Assembly (NCBI GenBank): GCA_964016885.1
Contig: OZ024753.1
Location: 26,288,001-26,352,000 of the forward strand
Direction: 5' to 3'
DNA length: 64,000 nucleotides
Source of the DNA: Eledone cirrhosa
Lineage: Eukaryota
The position numbers and the translations under genes are program-made. This document shows positions 1 to 13,995 of this stretch, piece by piece. The notes beneath the pieces are model-generated. The model was not told the DNA's origin. It did no database searches and worked only from the letters and a program-made list of their open reading frames with translations. Numbering within the stretch: position 1 is the first letter of the stretch; the number at the start of each line of letters is the position of its first letter.

Positions 1-545
1 TCAGACCTGTCAACCGCTCTCTCCACACTTCTGATCTTCTCTATCAGTGCCTCCTCTCTGGCGTCAGTATAAGTGGTACAGAGTTCTTCCCTCATCACCT
101 CCACATTCTCCTTCCTTTCCTCCATAGGATCAGCATAAAATTGGTCCTTGGCAGCTTTCAGGTGTTCTCTGGCTGCAGACACTGTTGGGTCTGCAGAGCT
201 GACATACTTCCTCTTGTTCTTTCTCCTCGGCAGCAGGGTCCCATTTGCTTCCACCACTGCATTGGTGAAGTACCCGTACCTCTTCGTCACAATCTCCACA
301 CAGAGCACTGAACCTGCTGCTCACTTCTAATGTGAACCTCTCCTGTAGCTTATCTTCCTTGAAAGCTCACCAGTCATAGATTGCTCTCCGGAGCTGAGCC
401 TTGCTCTTTCTTAAGCTCACCCGGACCTCACTCATAACAAGCCACTGCCCCAGTGTACTGAAATAGTTGTATCGTTCTGTGTTCAGAACACTATTCTGCC
501 ACTTTTTTCCTCACCAGAATGAAATCAATCTGGGACTTGGACAGG
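1..545 (-). mobile_element. RTE-X-like LINE fragment (end of APE endonuclease plus linker), frameshifted
   Basis: Manual minus-strand translation gives KSQIDFILVRKK-WQNSVLNTERYNYFSTLG...VRVSLRKSKAQLRRAIYDW*AFKEDKLQERFTLEVSSRFSAL... then ...AREEALIEKIRSVERA. This is a typical RTE-X endonuclease end and linker. Confidence 0.65.
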
Positions 546-579
546 TGCATATCTGAGATGTACATATACACTCTCACAC

Positions 580-1787
<1,208 letters not shown>

Positions 1788-1859
1788 CAAGCAGTTGTTA
1801 CGTAATTTGCATCCAGTGAATGCGCGTGTCGTATATGTCTTTTTTAGTCCCGTTAAGCT

Positions 1860-2065
1860 CATATGTGGGTCTGTCTGTCTGTGTGTGTGCGTGTGTGTCT
1901 GCCTGTCTGTGTGTATGTGTCTCTGTGTCTCTGTGAATGTGTGTGTGTGTGTGTGTATGTGTGTGTGTGTGTGTGTATATGTGTGTGTGTCCGTGTATGT
2001 GTCTTTGTGTGTCCGTGTATGTGTATGTGTGTGTCCGTGGGTGTCTCCTGTGTGTATATGTGTGT
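1860..2065. repeat. TG-rich degenerate microsatellite
   Basis: Seen directly; copy at ~44720-44920. Confidence 0.9.
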
Positions 2066-2936
2066 TTAAACTGAGGTGGAACTAGTAGTAATATTTCAGT
2101 AGGCGAGAGATCGATATCAATAGGTAAATAAAATCCAAGCTATCTCCTCACCAAAACTCCAATATTATCAGACGTTGTAACAACTCAGCAGTAGTAGTAT
2201 CAATATATAAATTGCAACAACAACAATAACAATTTCATTTTTATTTTAGCTGAGCTACCCGGTGATAGCCGGGTATTTTATGAAAGTTACAATATATTTG
2301 GCACACATTACAAAATATTTTTGACCATTCAAATATGATTGCTGAATTTTAACCAAAGTATAGCAGAATATTTATTGCCGTTTGGTCAAAGTAAATCATC
2401 TAGATAAAAATATTAGTTTTTTCCAGTGGTGATTTTTTTAAATACAGCTCCCTATTACAGTCAGCATATATAATACTTTACTCATAGATGAATTATTAGG
2501 TATGTTGTCAGTGAAAAGGGCATGACCAAAAAAATACATTTAGATTTTTTTTTAGTTATCCTTTTCTTTCTTTTTTTTTTTTTTTTGCTCAATCTGAACC
2601 TCTGAAATTCAAACAACATGTAAAGACTATTTTAAAAAACCATAAATAAAATAAGAAAATAAATTTATCATTGGTTTATGATTGAATGAAACATTTACTT
2701 ACTCATTTCTGTAATTCAGGGAAAGGTGGGATTTGAAGGAAATTTGGCTGCTATTTCTACCCAACAAAGTCCTCACTTATACTACTTTATATAGCAGAGG
2801 TACCCGGGAATGCCTGCATATTCTTCCAAAGTAACACCATGCAGTAAATTTGCAGCTTCTGAATTCCTTGCAAACTACATGACTAAGGAATTAGGATCTG
2901 TGTGTATTGTCATTGAATGAGGTATTACTACATTGC

Positions 2937-5900
2937 TCATTCCAAAGCCTCTGGATAAACAACATTCTTGGTTTTGCCCTGTGGTGCCACAATGAAGAGA
3001 CAATCAGGGTTCCAACCCTTGTTGTGCCAACATAAAGTTGACTGTGTGAAAAGACAGGATATGCCAGATTCAACCCTAAATTCAGTTGGATAGTTTATAA
3101 CCCGGTCTTGAGAAGTGATTGTGTCAACTGATTTGTAGCATCTTTTCTCTCCCCGTAACATCTCCAGCAGCCTTCTGTTGATTTCTTTCACAGCAACATT
3201 TTTAGGTGCTAAGATTGCTCATTCACAGAGCCATTTCGGATCACATTGCCTGGTCTGAATGTTTGGAAACACTCTGGCAATCAGTTCTTGTTCTGTGTCA
3301 ATGATATGGCCAAATGACAACTGAATATGGTCATTGGAGTCCTTTTCAAGAAGTCCATTTCCCAATTTAAGTAGTTGGATGGCAAACTCACTGACACCTT
3401 CGTCACCAGTTAAGTGCACTCGCATGTTGGTTGTAAGGTTCAGCAGCTGAAAGTGGGGTCAGACATAGGATGTTTTCAGACAGGCATTGACCTGATCAGC
3501 TCGAGTCCCTCGAAGAATTACAGGCAGAGTTTGTCTGAAATCACCAGCAAGAACCATTGTCACTCCTCCCATTATGCAACTATTTTCTCTCAGATCCCTT
3601 ATCGTTCGGTCCAAAGCTTCAATTTCTCCTTTATGGCTCATAGTAGCTTCATCCCAATTATCATCTTGCATGTTTGCAGAAGCTTGCCCTTGGGCGAGTT
3701 CTTCTTGATGTTGCAAAAAGATTGTTCATGCCATGTGAGATCTATGGGCAGCTTAAACATGGAGTGTGCAGTTCTTCCTCCATCTAGAAGTGTTGCTGCA
3801 ATGCCACTTGAGGCCACAGCAAGGGCAATATGTGGCTTTTGGCGAACTTTTGCAAGCAGGAGGTTTATGAGGAATGTCTTGCCTGTGCCAGCAGGAGCAT
3901 CGATGAAGAAAAGTCCTCCCTTGTCATTTTGAATGCTTTCGATGATGTTGTGGTAGGCGTATTTCTGGTCATCCATCAATCGAGGTTCATTTTAATCCAC
4001 AAACTTACACAATGCTTGAATATCGTAGTTTGTCTCCTGAAAAATGTCCTGTGCTACCTCCATTTCTTCATCTGGCTCTGGCATCCCGCAGTTAGCTAAT
4101 GTGCTATTCATTGCCAGAACTCGATGGGACAGGTCACAGAGAGCTTGATTGTAAATCCTGCGGGGATATTTCATATACATATTGCCATGATGTCTTTGGG
4201 CTAGGTGTAGATAGTTGTCCGACATATTGTTTTTGTACTCCTGACTGGCTACTTGAGTGATTGCTGCTTCTTCTAGGAACTTTTTCCAGTGTCCATTGTC
4301 ATGCAGGAGTCCATGCTGTTTACATGCTTCTTGGTATGTTGCGCACTCCCTTCCTCTGAAGCACCTAAGATCCTCCAATGATGTTGGTCCTCGAACAGTA
4401 TGCAGAAGTAGCCATAAATAAAAACATTCTCTGTTGTTGGGATGGACATTGTCAACACGCCCAATAGCATCACTTGACTTGACTTCATGACCTTCCACTA
4501 AATGACCCTGCTTTCTTCGATTGCAGGTCTTGCAATTGGTCCAGGTGTAGTATGTTGGGACTTCAATATATAGGAGGGATCGAGCAATTTCATCATTCTG
4601 GCAGAGTTTAAAGAAAGCAGTTAGTGTAGTGTCATGTGATGCTTGTACCAACTGATGGGCAGTGATATCAGTGAAGTACACTCTCTGTCCATTTTCCAGA
4701 TGGACTGCAAGGTTGACCACTGTTGGGTGGCATTGATGGATATCAAATCCAAAGATTCGCCAGATAGCTTCATTGCTGGAGATGTATCGACCTGTTTGAT
4801 ACCGTTTCACCTCATCCAGCCCACCATCATTGAGTTCTTTGTCAGTAATAAAGGTAGCCATGTCACTGCCCTTGTTGATATATTTTGTGACATATAGGAT
4901 TGCCTTGACGGAGCTGCAATACTCAACATTGATATGAGCTATTAAAAGTTTACACAACATTGATATGAGCTATTAAAAGTTGTGTGGGACGACCCACTGA
5001 TTGTTTATGGTCAGCTCCTCTCCTCGAACTGTTAGGCTTGCAGTATTGACTCCATGTTCTGGTCTACGACTACGATAAAGGGGGTATCCGTTATTGTCAG
5101 TCCGAGTTTCCCGAATAAAAGCTCTAGGATAATGTTTGCTGCATTTTTGATTTTTCATGCAGGGAGAGGCTGGATTGATGACTCCACATGGACCATGAAT
5201 GAGTTTGGACTTGATAGTTTCAAAGAGCTCTGGATCACCACTTTTATCAGTTTACACAACATTGATATGAGCTATTAAAAGTTGTGTGGGACGACCCACT
5301 GATTGTTTATGGTCAGCTCCTGAAACGGTATCAAACAGGTCGATACATCTCCAGCAATGAAGCTATCTGGCGAATCTTTGGATTTGATATCCATCAATGC
5401 CACCCAACAGTGGTCAACCTTGCAGTCCATCTGGAAAATGGACAGAGAGTGTACTTCACTGATATCACTGCCCATCAGTTGGTACAAGCATCACATGACA
5501 CTACACTAACTGCTTTCTTTAAACTCTGCCAGAATGATGAAATTGCTCGATCCCTCCTATATATTGAAGTCCCAACATACTACACCTGGACCAATTGCAA
5601 GACCTGCAATCGAAGAAAGCAGGGTCATTTAGTGGAAGGTCATGAAGTCAAGTCAAGTGATGCTATTGGGCGTGTTGACAATGTCCATCCCAACAACAGA
5701 GAATGTTTTTATTTATGGCTACTTCTGCATACTGTTCGAGGACCAACATCATTGGAGGATCTTAGGTGCTTCAGAGGAAGGGAGTGCGCAACATACCAAG
5801 AAGCATGTAAACAGCATGGACTCCTGCATGACAATGGACACTGGAAAAAGTTCCTAGAAGAAGCAGCAATCACTCAAGTAGCCAGTCAGGAGTACAAAAA

Positions 5901-7705
5901 CAATATGTCGGACAACTATCTACACCTAGCCCAAAGACATCATGGCAATATGTATATGAAATATCCCCGCAGGATTTACAATCAAGCTCTCTGTGACCTG
6001 TCCCATCGAGTTCTGGCAATGAATAGCACATTAGCTAACTGCGGGATGATCTTATCAACATCATCTGGTCTTATCTTCTCCTTGCACCAGATTAGTGTGT
6101 GAGAGTGAGGATACCTCTCTTCTGCCACTCAGTAGTGGTCATCTAAGCACTAAGCTCACCAAATATTCTTCCTTCTTTTAGGAGCCAGATTATTTTTTTC
6201 TTTTGCTTTTCATGGAAAACCCGAGTAATGAAGTCATGTCGATCCTTTGGTTTTTGATTTTGAAATAATTCATTTGATGTTTCTAACCAGTTTGAATTGC
6301 ATGTAAATGTAATGAAAAGATCTGGCCGACCAATTTTATGACATAGGCCATTGCATCTTGCGTACGTTCATGCATGTAATGTGATCCTCCCATGAAGCTT
6401 GATGGTAGTATGACTGGCTGGCCAATATTTCTTGGGTCAACATCAGAATTGATGGCATCTCTAAAGTGGATGTAGTTATCTGCCCTCAACTTAGTTTGAT
6501 TCCTTCGCAGAAAACCCAATCTTTCTATTTCAATTTTGGCATACATGTCCAGTGGCTGGTTACTTTTTTGAATCGCAGAACTTGGTTGAAGTGATCACGT
6601 ACCATGAAATGATAAGCATAGAATTCTTTGCAGCTGAGTGATCGGTCAGTTTCTTGTCCCGTTCCTGGGCTGATCTGCCGTAGCTGAAAATGATATCCAT
6701 CTTGACCATTCCAAAAGATAAGCGGATATTGGAGTGAATCATAAGCTCTATGAGTTTCACAAATTCGTTCCAAATGTTTTTGCAAAACACTGTCACGTCA
6801 TTCATGCTGTTCATCAACCATTATGATTGCAACTTCATCAGTGACAGGTGCATTGAAGCTGGGCGTTTGTCTGCCCTAGTGATGATTTTACGATCTCTGG
6901 TGTTGATCATATGTTCCAGTGCATATTTAAATACACTGATGTACATGTGATGTTGGTGAAGCATTTCTTGTAACTTTATGACTATGTAGAACTGCAATCC
7001 ACCATGGACATTGGTATATCTTTGTTGTGCCTGTGTTTCATTTCCACCCATCAAGTAAACCTGCACAAATTTGTGAGGCTCCTGTGAAAGTGGCAGAAGA
7101 CCACCCATTAAGTGGTAACACTGTCCCTGAATTTTATAATTTGTACAGAATCTAAAGTCAGTCACATTCCTGTCAACCTCAAAAGATGTCATTTGAAAGG
7201 CAGAATTATATTTTATGATGTATTTATTGAAGTGTCGTGCTTCTGGTGTATGCTGAAGGAACAGATTCTTCAAAAATTCAGGAGGTTCTTGTATTGTTTT
7301 AAGGCCCGCTTTGCCTTTTGAGCAGCATAGACTTGGTGTTTCTGCTGCCCACATCTTGGCACCACAATACTGGCAGCATTTGTTCATTTTCCCAATGTTG
7401 ATTTGTGGATTACTGCTGTAGTCCTTTTGGGGGTCATCAGCCAGTTCATTCTACTTGTGGCTTGTTCTCCTGCTCGGGCAATAGAACGATGTGCTTGATT
7501 AGCATTTCGTCTGATTTGCTGCTGTTCCTTAATTTGTTGTTCTCGAGTAGCAGCAGTCCTTTGTTCCCTTTCATCCAAACTGTGTGCTTTTGCTATAGCT
7601 GTTTGGGTTCTGTTAGCAGCTAGACGGGCATGCCAAACTTCTTCACTTTCTTCAGATCGCTGTATTTTCTTTCTCTTAGCCTCTGAAGATGACCTTCCAT
7701 ATAAT
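2937..7705 (-). pseudogene. Helitron RepHel pseudogene with many frameshifts and deletions
   Basis: ORF pieces 6821..7387, 6525..6785, 6283..6546, 4973..5158, 3992..4960, 3638..3979, 3459..3716, 3219..3425 and 2937..3191 fall in RepHel order. Confidence 0.9.
5250..6048 (+). repeat. Templated insertion in the Helitron: direct copy of ~4949-5019, then a 728-bp inverted copy of 4082-4809
   Basis: Identical ORFs at 4273..4488(-) and 5642..5857(+). Absent from Helitron copy 2 near 48069. Confidence 0.9.
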
Positions 7706-7774
7706 GATCTGGAAGGTTACCGGTATGACAAAAGGCTCAATGCAAGTTTTCAAGTGTTTTACAGAGCCGAGATA

Positions 7775-8162
7775 CAAAGTGTTAAAATGATCAAATTTTA
7801 GTTTAGAACATTTATTTGCTGACAATTGTTTCTTCCAGAGGGAAGTCTGGAATCATCGAGGCATAAGGAATGTCGAAACATTGCTTATAACGTTTATGCC
7901 TGTGTTTTTTTTGCTTGTGATTTTTTTGCTTGTGCTTTTTACTTATACCTATTACACTTCCAACCAGTGCTGCCTGTAATAGTGTTCTTTCAAGCAGAAC
8001 ATCTTTTTAACTCCTGATTCTCCACATGATGCCTTTGACACTAATAACAATTATGTATCTTAAATATTCTGAATGACTAGGATTTTAGTAACATGTTTCT
8101 GGAAGAAACAATTGTCAGCAAATAAATGTTCTAAACTAAAATTTGATCGTTTTAACACTTTG
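7775..8162. mobile_element. MITE-like element with ~65-bp terminal inverted repeats and TA flanks (Tc1/mariner-type termini)
   Basis: TA-CAAAGTGTTAAAATGATCAAATTTTAG...TCTTCCAGA (7773-7839) is the reverse complement of 8098-8164 with one mismatch. No transposase inside. Confidence 0.7.
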
Positions 8163-8190
8163 TATATATATGTATATAAATATGTATATA

Positions 8191-9674
8191 TACTCTTTTA
8201 CTCTTTTACCTGTTCCAGTCATCTGGCTGAGGCCATGCAGGGGCACCGCCCTTGTTGCTACACATTTTATCTCCAGCCTGTTGCAACAGGGAGTTCATTG
8301 CTGCTGCCCTTAGGTTTCCCTCGTGCCTTGCTATGGGCTCATCTGGGATCCTGGATAGCAAAGTGTCGAGATGTTTCTTGAAGACATCCACACCATGCAG
8401 ATCTCTCAGATTCCTCGGCAGCTTGTTGAAGAGTTGAGGGTCCTTGAACCACTCCAGACTTTTGCAATATCTGCTCCTTATTCTAGATATGGAAGACGGG
8501 ATCTTTGGCACCACACAGTGACATCCTGTTCGGCGGTTGGTCCAGCTCCCAATGCCAAAGTTTGGTGCTAGTCCCTCCAGGATTTTCCACATGTAGATCA
8601 CTGCGTATCTCTCCCGTCTTCGTTCCAAGGAGTAGAGGTTCAGTTCTTTTAGCCTCTCCCAGTAGCTTATCTCCTTCATAGTCGCAATCCTCTTGGTGTA
8701 GCTTCTCTGATTGCCTCAAGCTCCGTGGTTAGTTTGACACTATGGGGTGACCACAACTGGGAGCAATAGTCCAGGCGGTTTAGGACAAATGTCCTCCATA
8801 GTGTCAACATGGTGTCTCGATCTCTTGTGGGGAAAGTCCTCAAGATCCAGCCAGCGAGTGGTCTGTTCATTGTCGCCACTTTCATGATGTGCGAGGAAAA
8901 AGATGCATCATCGCTCATGTCTATACCCAGGTCTCATATCGATTTTGACCCAGGGATATCGGTCCCTCCTGGTCCGGTGTAACTGTATTGTACTGTATTT
9001 GTGTTGTATTTGTGTTTGCAGGAATTGTGTAGCGCTTGGAATTTGCCAGCATTAAACTGCATGTTGTTGTCTTCCGCCCATTTGTATATGGCATACAGCC
9101 CTTGTTGTAAAAGGGCAGCGTCAGCCGGGTTTTTGATTGCCTGTGCTACCTTAGTGTCATCGGCATAGCTAGTGAGGGATGTTGTTGTATGTACTACAGA
9201 GGGTATGTCTGAGAGAGCCACCAAAAACAGTAGTGGTCCCAGGACTGTGCCTTGGGGCACCCCACTTGTTATTGATATTTCCTTTGAGAGGGCCCCGTTT
9301 GCTGCGACTGTCTGGCTTCTCTCCTTTAAGAAGTCGTGCAGCCACTCACCTACTTTTCCAGTTATGCTGAGTCCGTGTAGTTTGCGACATATCATTCCGT
9401 GGTCGACTTTGTCAAAGGCCTTCGCAAAGTCAAGATATATCACGTCCACATGTGAGCTGTCAAGCAGTTGTTTCAGTACCCAGTCGTAATGATGTAGCAG
9501 CTGTGTAAGGCAGCTTCTTCCTGGGTGAAAGCCATGCTGCATGTTAGTCAGGTAGTTATTTTCCTCAAGGAAATTTATCAGTTTCTTTCTGACGATTCGC
9601 TCCATGACCTTACTGATATGCGACGTCAGGGAGTGTTTGGCTTCCGCTCTGCTACCTCCTATATGGATAGGGCA
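8191..9674 (-). mobile_element. 5'-truncated CR1-clade LINE (RT to 3' end) with (GTAAAAGA)n tail
   Basis: YLDFAKAFDKVDH, SGVPQGTVLGPLLF, YADDTKV, LDYCSQLWSPH and SYWERLKELNLYSLERRRER; tail TACTCTTTTACTCTTTTAC on +. Confidence 0.9.
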
Positions 9675-9973
9675 CTTGTGAGTGTAAGCTCACCTTTATC
9701 ATTCTGGAAACACTTCTCTCCAATGACATCACAATTCTCTCTGACACACTGCCTCGCAATCTGGAACACTTCCTGTTTCTGTTCCTCGCGTTGCAAAACA
9801 TGCTTGAATTTTCTATCCTCTGCTTCCCTTCTAGCTAAGTATCCTTGTCGCCTAGCTTCCCTCCTGGTCTCTATGTAATGTGCCCTATTCTTCCATTCTT
9901 TCCATGCCTGTCTCTTAACCTTAACTGCCTCATCTACCATATTGTTCCACCACCAAGTCACTCTCCTCCTCCC
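9675..9973 (-). mobile_element. RTE family B linker fragment fused directly upstream of the CR1 piece
   Basis: TWWWNNMVDEAVKVKRQAWKEWK...REAEDRKFKHVLQREEQ..EVFQIARQCVREN is homologous to 20798..22039. Confidence 0.85.
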
Positions 9974-10907
9974 TGTATATATCTTTTTATCATTATCCTT
10001 TTCTCAAATATAGACAAATTACGACACACACAAATATTATGCATGGATATGTTACCTGGAAGCTGGAGAGTGAGAATAATGTAGATGATAAAAGTCTATC
10101 TTCAGCAACAAGTGCTATATTGTCTCCCATGTTGAAAGATATTATTTTACAATATAAGAACTTGAAACTAAGACTAACTGAGACACAGAATAGATAAGGA
10201 TGTACACAAAAGACCTAAATGTGAAAAGAAGTGGAAATTGTGCAGATTGAACATTGAAGATGTGACCGATGTGAAGTAGCTGTGGAAAGATGTGGCGAAA
10301 AGAGTGAAGAATGCAATCTCTAGAAAGGTCATCCCCAAGAGTAAACATTGGGAGTTACAGCAACATTTTAAGACATAGAAAGAGTAGTTGTGAATTATTC
10401 CGGTGAAAAGCAATGAAACGGAAGCATACCAGACGACGCTCAGCAGTTGGAGTTCGCTGCCAAGCGGATACCAATATAATATTATATATTAGGGAATCAG
10501 ATAGTTTGTCTTTATTTCCTGTTGTTTTATTGCAAAAGCGTATCCTTGAAACTGAGAGACAATATAGTGTTGGTGAAGATAATATAATTTGTTTATCTAT
10601 ATTACTCTCTATGCAGAAATAAGGAAACATTTGCACATGGTCGACCCTGACTATACATTCATATTAGTTGTGAAGCTTTGCTTTAGAGAAACAGAAAGAA
10701 GACGACTATATTTGTAATTCGAAGTATAATCGATTTAAGTATGATAAAAAATATTTGAAACATTGGAGATGATGTGCATCTAAATACTAAGCATATACAG
10801 ATGCACACATAAGTGAAAAGGAACACAAGCACACACAAATAGATGGATAACTGCACACACATGCATACATATCTACCTAGTTGATGTTTAAATTGCAACA
10901 AGTCTTG

Positions 10908-12500
10908 TCATCATCTTCATCATTTTACGTCTGCTTTTTCCCTGCTTGCAAGGGTGGGACGAACCTATTGAGCACAGTATCTCTCTACTTGTCACGGTCC
11001 TTCGTCATCTCTTCATTGAGCTTTAGAGATTTGAGGTCTGCTCACACCAGCTCCGCCCATATTTTTCGTGGTCTTCCTCTACTGCGTTGTCCTTCTACTG
11101 GGATTTCTTGGCACTTCTTTACCTAGGCGTCATGCTCCACGCGCATCACATGTCTATACCAACACAGTCTTCTCTCCCGCACGCTACAACTTATCCCTGT
11201 TAAACAGTTTCTCCCTGAAGTCCTCCATGCCTGGTCGTTCATTTCTTTCTAGCCGTCGCATATCCTCTGCAGTTGCTGCCCAAGTCTCACTACCATGCAG
11301 CACCGCGCATCTCACACAGTCATCATATAACCGTCCTTTTATACGCAGTGAGAAACCCTTCTTTGTCAACAGAGGAAGCGGCTCCCTAAATTTCTTCCGA
11401 CCCGTCCTTATTCTAGATACTATGGTCTCGGAACACCCCCTCCCATTCTAATCAGATCACCTAGGTAGCGGAAGTTATCACCCACTTCTATAGAACCCAT
11501 CTTCATGTGGAAAATGTGTCTATCACTGCGACTCCTACTGTCAAGTTCTGTACAACTACTGCATACATATTTCTCCCTACTTGTTAGTTTTCCTGCTATC
11601 CCACTACATCTCTTGTGTACCCAGGATCTGCATTGTGTACATTTTATAGAATTTATCCCAACTCCTTTTCTACATATTGAACATGGCTATTTCCCTGATG
11701 GAATCAGAGTTTTGTCCTCTTCTCTACTTATCAACACTTTTGTCTTAGCTAGGTTCACTCTCAGTCCTCTTGATTCCAACTGCTGTTTCCATAGACAGAA
11801 TTTCTTCTCTAGCTCCTCTACTGATTCGGCTATAAGTACCAGATCGTCAGCATAGAGAAGTTCCCATGGGCAGCCAGTCTTAAACTCGTGTTATGGCTTG
11901 GAGAATTATAATGAACAAGAGCGGGCTGAGGACAGAGCCCTGATGTACTCCTACTTGTATCTGGAATTCCTCATTAAACTCCATTACTTCTCTCACTTTA
12001 CTGACAGCACCTCTGTACTTAGCTTGCACTGTCTTCACAGGCCATTCCTCTACATCCTTAGAGACCACCAGATGACAGATCGTGGTACACTATCAAAGAC
12101 CTCCTCTAAGTCATCAAAAGCTAAGTATAGTGGCTTATTCTTCTCTAAGAACCTCTCTTGTAGTTGTATCACTAAGAAGAGAGCCTCTATTGTACTTTTC
12201 CCAGGCATAAAACCAAACTGCATCTCATTTAGTTTGACCCTTTCTCTAATTAGTTGCATTAGTATTCTTTCTGCCACTTTCATAACCTGATCCATCAGTT
12301 TGATGCCCCTATAATTACCCATTTCCAGAGCATCCCTTTCTACCTTTGTCGCAATTTATAAGAATACTGCTGCACCAGTCTTTGGGTATGACTCAGCCAT
12401 ATATATAACTTGATTGACGATGCGTGCAGCCAGTTTAGTAGCTACTTCTGATGCCCTAACCCTATATTCGTCTTTGTCAATAGCTGGTCCCTCTATTGGA
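10908..12500 (-). mobile_element. Diverged 5'-truncated RTE family B-related LINE with (TGA)n tail
   Basis: NYRGIKLMDQVMKV, QVGVHQGSVLSPLLF, YADDL, Cys-rich insert, LHGSETW; tail TCATCATCTTCATCA on +. Confidence 0.85.
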
Positions 12501-12834
12501 TAATAATTTGTGAAAAAATGAAAGCAGAAAACACACACACACATATATACACTCACACATTCTCACACTCACATGAACAGACATTGGGCACTAAATATCT
12601 ATTTGTTTTTAAAATATAATTTCAATAATAATTAATTGCTAAGATGGATTACATTGCCACCGGTTATATTTTATATATTTCCTAAAACTCGTTTGTTTAA
12701 AAAGCTTAATTTTTTTTTCTTTTTACTCTGACATTATGACCTGTAGCTCTGATAAGTTGAGCTAGATTGCCAGCGTTGAAATAGTTGCGCTTTAGTTGTG
12801 ATGTAGCCGTGAGTCGTGGGGGTATAGTATATTG

Positions 12835-12917
12835 TCATGTATGTATATACTTATGTGTACATATATCTATGTATATATATATACACGTGTATGTATATCT
12901 ATATATACACATATATT

Positions 12918-13010
<93 letters not shown>
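12835..13010. repeat. (TA)/(TG)n microsatellite
   Basis: Seen directly. Confidence 0.95.
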
Positions 13011-13012
<2 letters not shown>

Positions 13013-13880
13013 GTGTATAGTGTTTGTGTGTTTACATAAGACTGCAAATCTGTTTATGCAGAATTCCAATTAGCAAAGGGAGATTACTCTACAATATTTT
13101 AATAAAATTATTGGAGTTGTTTCCCTTTTAGCCGGAAATTTTGTTGTTTGATAAAACTGTCATTGTTAAGGCTGGTTCGGTCTCAGTCAATGCTAAGTGT
13201 ATACTATTAAAAGAAAGATATTTCATGTGACATAATTACTGCAACAGGTTAGGTATGTACAAGGTTTGGGGTTGTATTTTATTGTTTAAATATGACTGTC
13301 ACTTAGATAAGACAGGATTCATCAATTTGTAGAAGAATTGATAGAGTTAAGTTTTAGTTTTTGGGTGGGTGTGTGTGTGTATGTTGACTGCAAATTAGAT
13401 AACGCCTACATAATTAGTTAACGCCTATGTCTTTCATTGTCATGTGATATTCCTTATTGAGATCCTTATGTGCGTTTTATACTTTCCATATTCCAGGCTC
13501 CAGATGGAAAGATGTCTCTGTCACCTGCATACCAGTTAGATCTCAGCACACCAGCTCCTGCCTCTTCATAATCCCTCACGGGAAGTCAAATGGCTGCAGG
13601 TCAGTCAGATTTATATTTAATTTATTTCTTTAAAAAAAAGTTCAATTTAATTTTTTTCTTAAAAAATAAAGTTTAATTTCATTTATTTCTTTAAAAAAAA
13701 ATTAAATATAATTAATTTCTTCGAAAAAAAAAGCTTTGTTAAATTTATTTTTACATTTTGTATTGGGGAAAAATTTTCCATTTAATTAATTTCATCATTT
13801 TGTTGTATATACACACATACATATATACAATTGTTATATATATATATATATATAAAATGTCATATAAAGTGGGAGTTATT

Positions 13881-13995
13881 AGAATACCTTGCAGTATTCG
13901 TTTTTGTTCTATGCTCTCTGAGTTGAAATCCCGCCGAGGTCAACTTTGCCTTTCATCCCTTGGAGGTTGATAAAAAAAGTACCAGTGAAATACTG
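13881..13995 (+). mobile_element. Degraded tRNA-derived SINE fragment
   Basis: B-box-like GAGTTGAAATCC followed by GCCGAGGTCAACTTTGCCTTTCATCCCTTGGAGGTTGATAAA..AGTACCAG, a central block I recognise from memory in cephalopod SINEs. Confidence 0.6.

Larger units (their letters stand above)
2246..7770 (-). mobile_element. Decayed Helitron (Rep/Pif1 helicase), copy 1
   Basis: Fragmented ORFs show an N-terminal CxxC..CC Zn motif, Rep motifs (EWQKRG..H.H, YVTKYINKG; PDLFITFTCN clear in copy 2), helicase Walker A APAGTGKT, DEATM and GDFRQTLPV. A candidate 3' hairpin TACCCGG-N6-CCGGGTA plus CTAA lies at 2246-2275 (minus). The 5' boundary is approximate. Confidence 0.9.

Noticed and set aside
9975-10900. 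Host gene within the duplicated unclassified segment
   Set aside because: Only short ORFs. One frame faintly resembles a decayed RTE linker (KWKL...LWKDVAKRVK) and no coherent exon structure is visible.
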